The notes under the pieces: generated by a model
The model's database searches: none
What the model was told of the DNA's origin: nothing
What the model saw: only the letters and a program-made list of their open reading frames with translations
Program-made: the position numbers and the translations under genes
Origin: Amoebophrya sp. A120
Taxonomy: Eukaryota > Protista > Dinoflagellata
Length of the DNA: 64,000 nucleotides
Assembly: GCA_905178155.1 (NCBI GenBank)
Contig: CAJINV010000005.1
Location: 7,779,987-7,843,986, forward strand
Direction of reading: 5' to 3'
Part shown: positions 1-11,935 of the stretch, in pieces
How the letters are laid out: every line of letters begins with the position of its first letter
Position numbering within the stretch: position 1 is the first letter of the stretch

Positions 1-1808
1 CTTTCGCGGACTAACAAGCTTTGCCTTGGTGACGTGGACGCGAGGTGCGAGGGTCGAGGAATTACACCGGTCGTGGACTGCTCTTGGGCCGCAGCTCTCC
101 TCTGCAATATCATGTCAGAAGTAGATGCAAGAGAGGAGCTCGGAATTTCATCTTCTACTTCCGACGCCCGCGGTCGTGGAATGTTGCCACTGTGCCGCGG
201 TCGTGGATCCTCGTTGAAAAAGAAATCGTCTTCTTCAACTTCATCCACAAGCCCTTCCTCCTGCTCGCGCCGCATGACGTTCGCCAGAGCGCGATCCGGC
301 GGGTCGGGAAGCTGCGATGTGGTACTACTAGGGGTTAGTTTGATTTCAGGAGCTCGTGAAGATGCTGGCTTTGCAATCGAAGCCGAAGCCGGCAAGAAGT
401 TGTCCTGGCTCTTGATCGCATCAAATCTCGACTTGAAGGCGTTCGTATCTGACGTCAGAACCGTAGGAGTTTCGTCGCGAACCACAGCTCTGCTCGTCGA
501 GCTGGAAGAAGGGCCTGTGCCCGTTGGGACTTGTGTTCCATTTCGAGATCCTCCAGACGCTGGTTGCGGTGGTGGTGGTGGCGGCGGCGGTGGTGCGGCG
601 AACGGTTGTTCAACAGCCGCTGCTCTACTACTCTGACCAACAGTTGTTAAAGTTCTGTTATCCTGCAGCTGACTTCTCGCCTTCGGAGCGAAGATCGAAT
701 CATCGAAGCCAGCTGCGGTCGTTTTGCTCTTGCCTGATGTTGCCCCCGCATTACTGCTTTTCCCTGTAGCCCCACCCCCAGTCGAGCGGCCCGAGATTGA
801 AGAACTGGGCGTGAGCAATTCCGCGAAAGGATCGAGTTCATCCCTGGGTTTGGTGGGCGCGGTGAACAGGTCTAGAGGACTATCACCAACTGGTTTAGAA
901 GCTGATGATGAAGTAGCGGCCGTAGGCGTTTGCTTCGACGAGGTTTGTTCGCTGCTGACCCCTACTTCACTAGTACCACCAAAAACCTCGAGAAACGGGT
1001 CTGGGTCGGGCGGTTTCTTGTGCAGTGGTAGTATCGTCGGAGGTTGGGCACTCGCTGTTGTACCTGATACCACTTCTCGCGGCGGGGGCGGAGGCGGGGC
1101 AGGTCTCGATGATGTGGATGAAACGGCCCCACCAGTTCCACCTGACGCGGCTACGGCAGATGGCGCGAGCACGGGCACTGCTGCAGCGCTCGGTTTCATC
1201 TTCGCAGTAGAGGAACTAGACCCGCCTCCAACTACGCCTATCCCCAGCAAGTCATCGATGCTCGACCTGGGTTTGAGCTGGGGCTGGCTGCTCGGATGAA
1301 AACCAGGTGTTCCTGTCACGTTTTTGCTTGAAGTGGAAGTTGCAGTTGCACCACCACTGCCCGAGGACCCGCCAAAGAGGTCATCGAAAGGGTCACTGCC
1401 TTGTGGTGGTGGTGGTGGTGGCCTCGTTGAAGAGGCACCTCCTGCGCTAATTCCAGCAAAAGGATCTGTTTGTGAAGTAGATGCGACTTCTCCTGCAACT
1501 ATCCCGAACGAGGAACCATCCGTCGCTCCTGCTGTTGGTGTCGCATTATTAAACGACCCCCACGACGAGGTTCCACCAGAACTGGGCGGATTTATCTTAC
1601 CATCCGCACTAGATGGTAATTGCAGCAGGTCGGGCTGCTGGGTGTCTTCTTGCCGGACGTTTTGGCTTTGCTGCTTTGCACCGCTAGTTGTTCCTGTAGT
1701 TGTGTTCTCCGCTTTGTCAAGCATGCCAGTGAGGAATTTGGAAAAATCCTCCTCTTCCTCATCCTCGTTCAGGATGTCGTCCAGGGATAACGCGTTGTTT
1801 GACGCCAT
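1..1808 (-). CDS. Low-complexity S/T/P/G-rich protein with several DPF motifs, 3' end beyond window
   Basis: ATG at 1808 (MASNNALSLDDILNEDEEEEDF...). The ORF track lists no terminated ORF in this frame, so it appears open to the left edge. Motifs DPFAG, DPFDDLF, DPFLEVF, DPFAELL. Confidence 0.7.
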   Translation of the reverse strand, partial: MASNNALSLDDILNEDEEEEDFSKFLTGMLDKAENTTTGTTSGAKQQSQNVRQEDTQQPDLLQLPSSADGKINPPSSGGTSSWGSFNNATPTAGATDGSSFGIVAGEVASTSQTDPFAGISAGGASSTRPPPPPPQGSDPFDDLFGGSSGSGGATATSTSSKNVTGTPGFHPSSQPQLKPRSSIDDLLGIGVVGGGSSSSTAKMKPSAAAVPVLAPSAVAASGGTGGAVSSTSSRPAPPPPPPREVVSGTTASAQPPTILPLHKKPPDPDPFLEVFGGTSEVGVSSEQTSSKQTPTAATSSSASKPVGDSPLDLFTAPTKPRDELDPFAELLTPSSSISGRSTGGGATGKSSNAGATSGKSKTTAAGFDDSIFAPKARSQLQDNRTLTTVGQSSRAAAVEQPFAAPPPPPPPPPQPASGGSRNGTQVPTGTGPSSSSTSRAVVRDETPTVLTSDTNAFKSRFDAIKSQDNFLPASASIAKPASSRAPEIKLTPSSTTSQLPDPPDRALANVMRREQEEGLVDEVEEDDFFFNEDPRPRHSGNIPRPRASEVEDEIPSSSLASTSDMILQRRAAAQEQSTTGVIPRPSHLASTSPRQSLLVRE

Positions 1809-2545
1809 GGTGTGAAGAAATGGAAATTACGGGTTGGATTTTTTTCAATTCTATCGTGATGAACAAGCGTATTTCTTGCGCGTGAGCGAGCTATTTGAAC
1901 ATGATCTGTGCTTGGAAGCAAAGTAGACAAACAGAAAGGCGGTTTTTGTTTTCGCTTGTGCGTTCGCCTGACGCTTTTACACGACTAGTAGTAGAGCGCA
2001 ATTCTACTTACTGACCTCGTCCTGTAGAATAAGAGTTTTTTTCTATGGACTGCGGCCGTCGCACAGAAAATCTAATGCAGAGGAGCAGAGTGGAGGTGTC
2101 AAGATCGTGATCTTTCAGCAGCGCGTCATGATAATGCACGCTCTAGATGGTGGCGATCCCTCACCTGAACACAGCGCAAATGATCTTTCTCGTTGTAAGT
2201 CGAGCTTTCCGCATTGAACACTGACCGAAAAATATTAGTAGCACATGCGCTACTTCTTTCCCAACTTTATCTCTTCAAGAGCAAGAACTGTATGTGCCTG
2301 TGTGGATGTTTTCGTGCGGAGTATCAAACTCCTTTCGATTTTTCAAAAAACTCACTTAGACTTGTTAATCTGAAACCTTTTACTGCCTCGCATTCCGTTT
2401 TACACAACATCGCCGTCAACACAATTTGTGTTACACAAGAAGAAGAACTGATAGATCCATAAGTCAAAAACAAGTAAGTATCACCTCGCCCCCCGCTTGT
2501 CTTCTCATTTTTCACAAAAAGAGACAAAAGCGGGAGACGAAATCC

Positions 2546-5500
2546 CTATCCTGACAGCATCCTTTCCAGTGGGTTTTGTTCCTCCAGCCTCCCGATCCGC
2601 GCAATGATCTCTTCAAACGCCGGCTTTGCCCGGGGCCGGACCATAAATTCCGCGTGTCCCAAATTCGGTAGCCACAGCACCGAGATTTTCGCGTTCTTCT
2701 TCTTCACCTGTTTCGGTATCTTGTCCCACCGGTTCTTCTTCTTTTGCAAAATCTCCGCCATTTTCTGCCGGCGCATTTCGCTGTGCGCGACCAAATGGGT
2801 GCGGATCGAGTGCGCGGGGATGATGGAATCCAACCCGGAGAGAATCACGTTGGTCGGAAACTTCAATTTCTCCGGCCACAAAATCCAACTTTGCCAAACC
2901 ATCCGGCGCGCCATCGACTGCGCTACGTGGATCTCTTTCGCGACAAAGTACTGGATCGCCGTTTGGATCCACGTTTTCGGCTCCCGGTAGACCATATTGT
3001 AGGCTATGTCGGGGGAAAACAGTCGGAAGCAGACCGGGTCGATCAAAGTGGCGTACGCGACTAGATGCGGTCGGCGTCGGATCATCCAAGCCATAACGAA
3101 GGTGCCGAAGGAGTGGCCAATGAAATGGGCCCCCGGGCAGCTGTCCGTGTTAAAAGTCGGATCTAGTTCGGCGGGGTTAGTTGAGATGTCGTTTCTACCC
3201 CCACTGGAAGACGACTTCCGTCGTTGTCCGCGACTGCCTTTGCTACTGCCCCCCGGTCGCTGGTAGTTGTAGCTGTCGTCAAAATCCAGGTCTGGGTTGC
3301 CCGTTCTTACGTCACGCGGTCTGTTGGTGTTCACGGTTCGCTTCCGTTTCTTGTTGCCCCTCTTGTTCGTCCGCGGAGTAGAGGCTGTCGCTTGTGCTGG
3401 TGAAGAAGCTCCTGTTGCCTCCGCTGCTGAATCGCGGGCAGCTGCCTGTGATGCTGGTGAGTGCTCGGGTTTGTAATGATGTTTGTGATGTTGGTTTTGC
3501 TGCTGCAGCTCATTCTGCTTGTGCCTATTGTCTGCCGGGTGGTTTCCGAACTTCTCCTTTAAAGAGAGCATGCGTTTCGTAAACTCAGCCTGGTTCTCCT
3601 TCAAACTTGCAGTTCCACCTCCTGTGGTCATAGTTGCACTATCCCTCGCCTCCCCTTCTGGATGGATTTGACCTTCCGGGGCTGATCGAAGGTTCTTCGC
3701 GTAGTTGTAGTTGTTCGCCGCGCCATCATAGTTGCTCCCGTTACTCGCATTAGAGAACCGCTCGCCCATCTCCAAAGGCTGCAGCTGCAATTTGTCTTCC
3801 CCCGAGGAGAATCCATTTTGGTTTTCATCATCGTCATCCGACCCTGATAGCTCCGATTCATCTTCCGACGTACTCGACACCTCGTCGTCCACCAAATCCC
3901 CCGGCATGTATCGTCGCCTCTCAAACGTGTCCCACAAGTTGAACGATTCGTAGTGGTGAGCCAGCATGTCCGCGATGCAACTCACCATTTCCCGGGCCGA
4001 CGCAATGTTCGCGTCAGAAATTCGACACGCGATTTGGTATCCACAGTAAATTTCCCGTACGCGTACAAAAACAAATGCGGTCTCTGCATGACAAAAATTG
4101 GCTTCGATCCTAGTTTAGCACGACGAGTTTTACTTTCCAAATTGGTGAAGTTTGTGATGCATCCTGTACACGTTGTACGGGAAATTTGTATTGCATATCT
4201 GGGGGATGTTAATCACGAAAATGTCCCGGTCCGGGTAATTTTTCACCAGTTCGAACAGAAATAAAACGTAGATGTGGGGCCCCAGGCCCAGACCGTGGCA
4301 GAAGACGAACGGGACGTCGTGATCCTTTCTCTTTGACGTGTTGTTTTCCTTTTTCTTCTTCCCCACAACCGGCTTCCTGACGTAGTAGCTCATGGTTCCG
4401 CTTATGTTCTCTTCAAATCCCAAGACCTTCTTCAGGAAGAAATCCCCCGCGAAGGGGATGACCAGTTGACTAATGCGGTTATGCATTGCAAATGCATACG
4501 TAGTCGTAGTAGTAATTGCATTTGCAAATTTTTCCGTTGGGACGAAAAGTGGAATTTGTAATGCTGGTTCGGGTATACAGACTCGGTTTGTCATGCATGG
4601 TTGCAAGTAGTACGAGCATGATGCTTTTGCACTGGATAACCGTAGAACAGGAACGACCGGGTGTCCGCCTGTAAAGGGTCGAGAGTCAACCGCATGGAGA
4701 CGATGTTATCGTTGTACCCCGGGCGGAATTTGTGCTGCAGCCACTGTTCAATCCGGTGGATCATCGTACTCGTCATGCGCCATTGCTGTTCGGGTAAGGG
4801 GAACTGCCGCTTCAGTTGCGAGGCACCATGACTACGGGTGGTCGCTGTTGATTTATTGCTCACCGCGCCAGCTTATCAAATGCAAAAACGTAGTCTGGGT
4901 CTGGAAGGTTCTGAGACTTGTCACGCATGTTTTGCATGACCCAGGATTGTTTGTGATGCATGCCCTACCATCACAGACTTTTAGAACCCTTCCTGATGCC
5001 TACTCCGCATGACAAACGCCCACCTCCCCGCGTAGCACAAACTAGACTCCTCTTGCTGGTCATGCAGTACAGATTTTTTTAGAGTCCAAAGTTAGCATCA
5101 CAAGTTCCAACCGTCCAGACCCAGACATTTTTGCATTTGATACAGCTAGTGCGTTATTCATTTCTACTCCGCTGCTTCCAAAAAGTGTCAAATCGTTTAT
5201 CGCCTGCGCTTCCTCCCCGTGTTCCAAATGCAAATGATGGACCGACACTTTCGTCACATCGTAATCTGCATTCAAAAACGCCCAGGCGAGCCACTCCCGC
5301 ACGTTCTCGCGGCCGATGTCGTACAGCTCCACGATCTCTTCATCCCCGTCCGAGGGGACTAACCCAATCGACCAGTTCCAAATCGCTCTTCGGAAGCTCG
5401 GACAGATTGTGGTTTTCATCGTGAACAGTGCGTTGTATGAGAGTGCACAACCCCGCCTCCCCCTCATTTGAAGGTCATAGATAAGCAGCAACACAAGTGC

Positions 5501-8500
5501 TGGCATGAATGCAGCTTTTGCATGAAAAATTCGCGACCGATTCTAGTGCTGTTTCGGCTTCCAGAACCTGTCATGCAAGAAGTGCCAAAGAGAAGAGGGT
5601 GTAGTTTTTGGGTTTTTGCATGACAAATGAGGGGGAGGGGGAGTTGTGCACTGTCATACGTTGGACAGCTGTTTTAAAATCGCAATCGGGTGGATCTTAC
5701 TCAGTAGAGCCGAGGAACTTCTGGACGACAGTTCATGTCCATCATCTTCCCCATACAGATCAACGCCAGCCCTTCTATCGTAGAACAAATGGTCCCGAAA
5801 GGATTTCAAATCCGTATTTCTCGCCACGTTCTTCTTGTACCGGAACCAGCCACAGATCTCCAGAGGCTTCAGCGCCTCCATAGCCTGCTCGTTCATCAGC
5901 TGTGGGTCTAGCCCCGTCGCGTCAGAAGCGGCCATCGCGAGCGAATTCCTTGCCCTCGGCAAGCGGTTGACGGAATTTTGGTTGGTCACCGTCAATTTCC
6001 CGCTATTCAGCTCCCCGTCCTCGTAGTCAGAATTATCGAGGACCTGGATGTGGCTTACCATTCCGTTATTCGAAGTCGACCCCTCGAGGTCTTCGGTTTG
6101 CATCGCTTCTCTCAGCGCCTTTTCTATCCCCGCGTGGCCGGCAGTAGAGGTTCGCCGGAGCAAAGCCCCGACGCCCGAATTCGATCGGGTCAACAATCTC
6201 GGCCGGGACGCCGATTTTCCTTTTTGCTGCAACGCGAGAATTCCGATTTGGTGCTCCGACGCTGCGTTTTTGATGTTGTTTTTCAGCTGTTGCAGGTTTT
6301 GATTACTATTCACCGTGTTTAAGCTGCTTTGCGCCCGGCGTAGTTTCAGTTTCCGACTCATGCCCCCCGTTGCTGCGGCGGTTAGCGCGAGTTGCGTGAA
6401 GGATTTTATGGCGTTCTCAACTGTTACATTCCCGACTGTTACATGAATTTGTGAAGCAAGAATTGCAAAAGAAAAGTGAAAGGGGGGAGGTTGCACTTCT
6501 AGCATTACAAGTCCTGCACAGATTTAGGTGCTGTTTAGCCCTTTGCAAATTTGTCATGCGAAGCAGCTTTCTCGTGTGGATCTCGATGGTTGTTCTGCAT
6601 GACAAGTTCATGTAAGAACAGTTGAGAATGTAACAGTTGAGAACGCCATAGATTGGACTTTTTGGTCGTAGAGGACTTGCACGGCGGATTGGGTAGACTC
6701 CGTGGACATGCGAGGGGTTAGTAGCGCAGGACCGCCGTTTATCGCACGAAAAAACTGTCTCACCGTGAACTTGTGATGCAGAAAACGAAGCGCCACAGTG
6801 TTTGTCTTGCTACACCTGCACGACATTGGATTTTCAAGCGTGTTTTCCCTTGGGAAACGCGCATGCCAAATTTTCGGTGTCATGTGTAACAAACTTGTGA
6901 TGCGGTTTTTGCAAAGTCATCACAGTGAAACAGTTTTTCCATGGGATACCGTTTTGTTCTATGTGCAGATTGGAAGAACCATTCGGCGATACCGATGCTG
7001 AACCTCCCTGTAGTCCCGCGTCTATCGAGTTCGCGAAAGACGAGCCTTGGTCGATAGTTGCCTGCTGAATCACGACGGTCTGAGTATTGGTCATCGTGAA
7101 AGAAGCAGCAGACAAACGTCCAGGGGGTCCTCCTAGGTGGGCATCAAAACCTGCAGTCGTGTATCCGCCGATTGTTGCTTCGTTTTTTTCCAACACGTCC
7201 TCCTTCGTTTCTAGCTCGACCTCATGCCCTTGTAAAAGCAAGTACCCCATTTGCACGTCGTTGACCGCTTCTAATTCTTGCTCTAGCTGGATCAAAGACT
7301 CTTCCACCGGAACCCGAGGCATTTCCACCTTCTGGTTATTAATCTTCCACAGTTGGTATTTCTGGTAGAAGAGAAACGCAAGCTCCAAAATCGTGTAGAA
7401 GTTAAACAGCTGGGCAAGAAGCTCGATTCTGCTCTCCGTAAACACGTGTTTTTTCAACTTTGGATGGTTCCGGAGGAAATCGGGGATGCGGAAAATTCGC
7501 TCCTCCAGAATTTGCCCAAAGAGGTTGAGAACCTTGATGTAGGACTTTGCGCCGGCGGTCAAGGCGCGCCGGAGCTCGAGGGCCAGGAGCTGTACGGTAA
7601 TTAATGTGTGATGACTTGACTTTGGTAGCGGCGACAGCATGACAAACTGATGTAGTCTGCAAATGCAGTATGTACGCAAGACAAGTTGATCTTCATTCAA
7701 AAGAAAATAAACGCAGAAAATAAACGTTGAAAATAAATCATACCATTCCCAACCCGTTGCTCCCTCCAGCACTCTTCCCGTTCTGCACGGCCAAGATGGT
7801 CGGCTTATGGTCTATCCAACCGTCTCCGACGGCGCCGTCGTCGTCTTCGATATCGGGCAATTCCAATATCGCCTCCATATCCACCCTGCTCGTCCCCGCC
7901 GCCGGGTTGCTACCGTCTCCGCCTCCATTCGCCAGACTCGAGGAAAAGAAAATCTTCCCCAGCCCCCGGAGCACGATCGCGAACCCGGATTTTTTGGAAA
8001 AGAAAACTTGCTTCAAATTTCCGCGGTTCTTCAGCCACTTATGGGCGTGTCAGGATTGAAATCGTCAAAGTTGAAATAGTTTGTCATGCGTAAACTGCAG
8101 CCCACAAAGTGCCTGTCTTGTAGAGTAGGCAAGTGAGGCAGATTGTGAGCCTGTTGAGGACTAGAACTAGAAGCGGAGCTGCTAAAGTAGCATGACAAAA
8201 GGCGTCTTCCTTACCCAAACAGCATGACAAACGGGATTTCGGCTCTACCCAAATTTGTCATGCGCCAGTTGGAAACTGGGTTACAACTTTCATCCAATTT
8301 ATGCATTACAAGTCATTTCAACTTTGTCGATTTCAATCCTGACACATCCATACCACTTCGAGAGCCAGTACAGAAGCGAAACGAACGGGCCGAGTTTGAA
8401 GGGCGCAATGAGAATATGCCAGAAAAAAACTGTGTAAGTGTAACTCTGTAATGCAAAACATGCAACAGAGTTACACCTGTCATGCCACACAGCCATGAAG

Positions 8501-8725
8501 TCCTTTTTTCGTGTGTATTTTCCCTTACAAGCCACGCATGACAGGTTTTCTCTGTCATGTAGAGCAAATTTGTGATGCTGTTCCTCAAAGAAAGTTACAC
8601 TAACACAGTTTTTTTCTTGGATAGAGAAAGAGCTTGATTAACAGCGTGAGGATTTTGTTCACGATGCCCTGCGATGGGACAGAACTGCCGCAGTTCTCGG
8701 CGAGCCGGAGAGGGCGGGTTTTCAT
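2546..8725 (-). CDS. Alpha/beta-hydrolase fold protein (10 exons; 8 introner introns + 1 GT-AG intron)
   Basis: Spliced frame is continuous from MKTRPLRLAE (8725) to the stop at 2546. Motifs: PFVFCHGLGLG (oxyanion), GHSFG nucleophile elbow, DPVCF, LSGLDSII (acid), LGHA (His). Hydrophobic N-terminal segment. Confidence 0.85.
4038..4197. mobile_element. Introner family F
   Basis: TIR; DR tttgg/tctgg; frame restored. Confidence 0.85.
4480..4638. mobile_element. Introner family E
   Basis: TIR; DR gcggt/accgt; frame restored. Confidence 0.8.
4874..5142. mobile_element. Introner family A
   Basis: TIR with GTCTGGGTCTGGA; DR cagct; frame restored. Confidence 0.9.
5436..5658. mobile_element. Introner family I
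   Basis: TIR TATGA(G/C)AGTGCACAAC; DR cgttg; frame restored. Confidence 0.9.
6407..6650. mobile_element. Introner family B
   Basis: TIR TATGGCGTTCTCAACTGTTACATT; DR gattt/gattg. Confidence 0.9.
6740..6948. mobile_element. Introner family C
   Basis: TIR; DR ccgtt; frame restored. Confidence 0.9.
7590..7743 (-). other. Canonical GT-AG spliceosomal intron
   Basis: Minus strand GTATGA...ACCGTACAG; removal joins GLGM|LLALELRR in frame. Confidence 0.7.
8040..8352. mobile_element. Introner family D
   Basis: TIR with GTCAGGATTGAAATCG; DR ccact. Confidence 0.9.
8415..8623. mobile_element. Introner family C-like
   Basis: TIR; DR gagaa. Confidence 0.9.
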
Positions 8726-9033
8726 CTTCTTTATGAGGTTTTATTTTAGTCGCAAGTTAAAGTTCTTTCATCCCGGCAATATACCAGACAGCGAGCCAGA
8801 GGGTCCTCGTCGTCCCTTTCTGCTCCGGAAAAGCAGAGTGAGTCGTAATTGTAAATGGTGTCCGTGAAGATCATATCATAAGTTGTGGAATGGTGGTCCT
8901 GCGATAATTCGTAACCAGGTCACAGTAGGTTTCTCCCGAAGGCGAAGACGACATTAACAAACTCCGAAAGTTTTTCAGCCACACGAGTCTACTTCGGAGA
9001 GAACCAACTGCTCTCGCCAGGCGTGCTAGTCGA

Positions 9034-10900
9034 CGTGTCAGGAAACAAAAAACCGAAGAGTGAGAGTGCCGAATCCGGATTTTTGATAATCGTCCGTCAG
9101 AACCAATCCACGCGGCGTGCGCCGCGTGGGAAAAAATACGCAAACCCTTCAGAATAGGTCTTAGATTGGGCGCGAAGCTTTACGATGCTTGGCCTTAAAG
9201 AGTCTCCAAACTCCAGTAAAGTGGCTGCCTTTGGCCTCTCTCGGAGGAACTACATGTGGAAAAAGCCGGCAATGTGGAAAAAGCCGGCAGCGACCACCTT
9301 CTGGCTTCTCTAAAGAGCCAGAGTCGGAAAAAGCTAAAAAGGCCGAGACGCCTCCTGCTGTACAAAACCACAGAGCTTTGGCAACTTTTCGGAGGACCAG
9401 GTCCGGAAGAAGCCAAGCGACTCGCTTTTTGCGTACTGAATCGGACAGCTTTGGCTTCTCCCCGGGGCGGAAACAGCAACGAGAAGCGAGCTTCGGGCTC
9501 TTCCCCGAGCGCCAGATCCAGAAAAAGCCAATGCGCCCTCTTTCTTTTTGCTTGGAGTGAGGTAACAAACTAAATCTGGAACTTCGCGGTTGAGTTCTTA
9601 TCCGGCCGCCGGCCGGATGAGAACTCAACCACATCACCGGCGGAATCCGGCTGGCCGGCCCTGTCCTCTTCCCCCGTCCCCAACCGGTCGATCCACTGGC
9701 CGCGTTGTTAGTTTCACTAGGCCAAAGGCCCCAGCTTTGTAATGCAAAGGCAGCGCCCTGCAAAGGCAGCGGAAAGCGCCGAAACCCCAAAAGCAGGCGC
9801 GTGCGCGTTCTATTCTTTGTCTGTGCGGCTATTTTCTTTTTCGCTTCCACTACTATTTCGCGCGGTTTGTGCTTTCTATTTTTCCTACTTATTTCTAACA
9901 ACAAAAAGCCGAAGAGTGAGCAGAGTGCCGAATCCGGAGTCTTGAATAAATTAGTGGTTCTGGTTTTCGAGTTTTACAACTTTAGTAAACGAGCAACGAA
10001 CTGAAAACAGAGAAGATGAATAAAGAGAGAACGAACTGAGTGGGAAAGTAAGTTTCTTTTTCTTGGAGGGGTTCGAACTGACGAGAAAAGGACAGTTTTT
10101 GTTTATGCGGGTGATCGAACTGGACAACGGAGAGAGAAGAAGGTTGTGCAGGAGGGGGATCGAACTGGGCAACATACAGAGAAGAAGGAGGAGGGGGGGG
10201 AACGACCTGCACACCCGCGAGAAGGAAAAGGGAGACTCGCGGTGCACGAACTGAAAGGGAAGGAGGTCGAGCAAAAGAGCGCGGGGCGCCCAGGCTATGT
10301 GTTACCCCGCTTTTCCCCCCTCCCCCCCCCCCATTTTCTTGCGCTTTAGTGTTTATTCAATGCGAACACACAAAATACAATGAAAACCGGACAACCTAGG
10401 CCATGAAGCGCAAAGGGGCAACCTAGAAAAAAATTTTGTTACTTTAGTTCATTTCCCTGCCTGGTTTTGCACATAAAAACTTCGCCGATAGCCAACTCTT
10501 TGCCGCAGTTTTGGCACATTCCGGCAAAAGAAATTGCCGAAATTTGGCAAGATTGAATTTGGAAAGCATTGCCATGGCTTAGGTTGTCCGGCTTTGCATT
10601 TTGCGCGTTCATGCTATCCACAGGGCCGGCGCCCTACCGCCCCCCGCCTCCTTTTTTCCCCTGGCTATTCCAATCGGCACGGGCTGCCTAAGCAAATGCG
10701 CAGGCAGTTCGCGCAGTCCACCAGCGCCCCACCGCGGGCCCCCACTTCGGCGATGGCTCCCGAACACGAAAAAAGCGCAGGGCCACGCGTTGGCTTTATT
10801 TACTCAAAAAACCGAAAAGCGCAGGGCCACGCGTGTCAGGAAACAAAAAACCGAAGAGTGAGCAGAGTGCCGAATCCGGAGTCTTGAAATCTTCCGTCAG
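9034..10900. repeat. Three dispersed copies of a ~50-bp repeat (9034, ~9898, 10832)
   Basis: AACAAAAA(A/G)CCGAAGAGTGAG(CAG)AGTGCCGAATCCGGA. Confidence 0.8.
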
Positions 10901-11935
10901 TACTGACACAAGGACCACGAGGACGCACCTTTGGTGACGTATACCTTCTTGCAGCCGACAACTCAAACCTCAGAAAAAGCCGTGTGGAGTTCAAAGTCGT
11001 GACTCATCAAGCACAAAAACCGAGGATCCTCGTCTTCAAAGGTGAAGGTCGTCAAACAGATTACTTACTTTTCGTTTTCAGCTAAGTCTTCAGTGACATC
11101 ACCGAGTCAACAAGATGAAAAAACCTGCGGTAATAATGAGAGGGCAACTACACCGATGTACTTAAGTTTGTTTTCCTCGGTCGAAATAAGCTCTGATGTG
11201 GTGCACCGACAAAGGCTAAGAGCGGCAAGCTCTTTATATTAAAATGTAAACGAGTGACAACCGCGGAGGAAAACCAGTATGCAATGTTGAATATCGACGA
11301 ACCGGAAAGATGGAACCTCGTGCATTGATCGGAAGATGGGAAAAACATGACAACGATAAAGACACTGCACAGAAAAAAGTCGATTTTGTTCACACAAGCT
11401 GACATGAACGAAAGCACAAAGGAGGAAGGGCGCAAGAACGAGAAGGTGAAACAAATGCATACAGATGTCGCAAATTAAAGTCATGCTTGTTATATTACTG
11501 AACTCTTCTTGATGAACGTGAGGCAACAAATATGATCTCCAGCCTTGTGGCATCGACATTCCGATGCAATAGTTGCGGTTGAGAATCGTTGCCTCAACGG
11601 GTCGCGTGTGCCTTTGAAGATTTTGATGAGTGCTACATTGCTTTTGGAGGAATGGAGAAATACCGTGCGTCTGTTCCTGAAAGATTCTTATCCTTACGAC
11701 GAGTACTAGTTTGTACACGAATAGAGTTGTTAGCGCAGCTAATTCTGTTGTAGGAATCTCCTTTAGCTATCCTAGTTTTATTGTCGTGGTGGTCGTCTTC
11801 TGTAGCTAGGTAACTATTTTACAAGACTTCTAGAGCTGTCACGATGTTGTATCCTATCTGTACGTCATGAAACAAAATCTACGCCTAAAATGATGAAACA
11901 AAGATGCAACTCCTCGAGAAGAAGTTTTTCAAATC

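Noticed and set aside
34-1815. Plus-strand ORFs 34-636, 724-1299, 1324-1815
   Set aside because: Antisense shadows of the longer open minus-strand frame starting at 1808.
4874-5142. Recurrent peptides such as KMSGSGR, LPDPDIFA and CKSIVLV as a protein repeat family
   Set aside because: They are translations of introner TIRs.
9161-11718. ORFs 9161-9904 and 11239-11718 as genes
   Set aside because: No recognisable motifs, repeat-rich context and no introner-defined exon structure.
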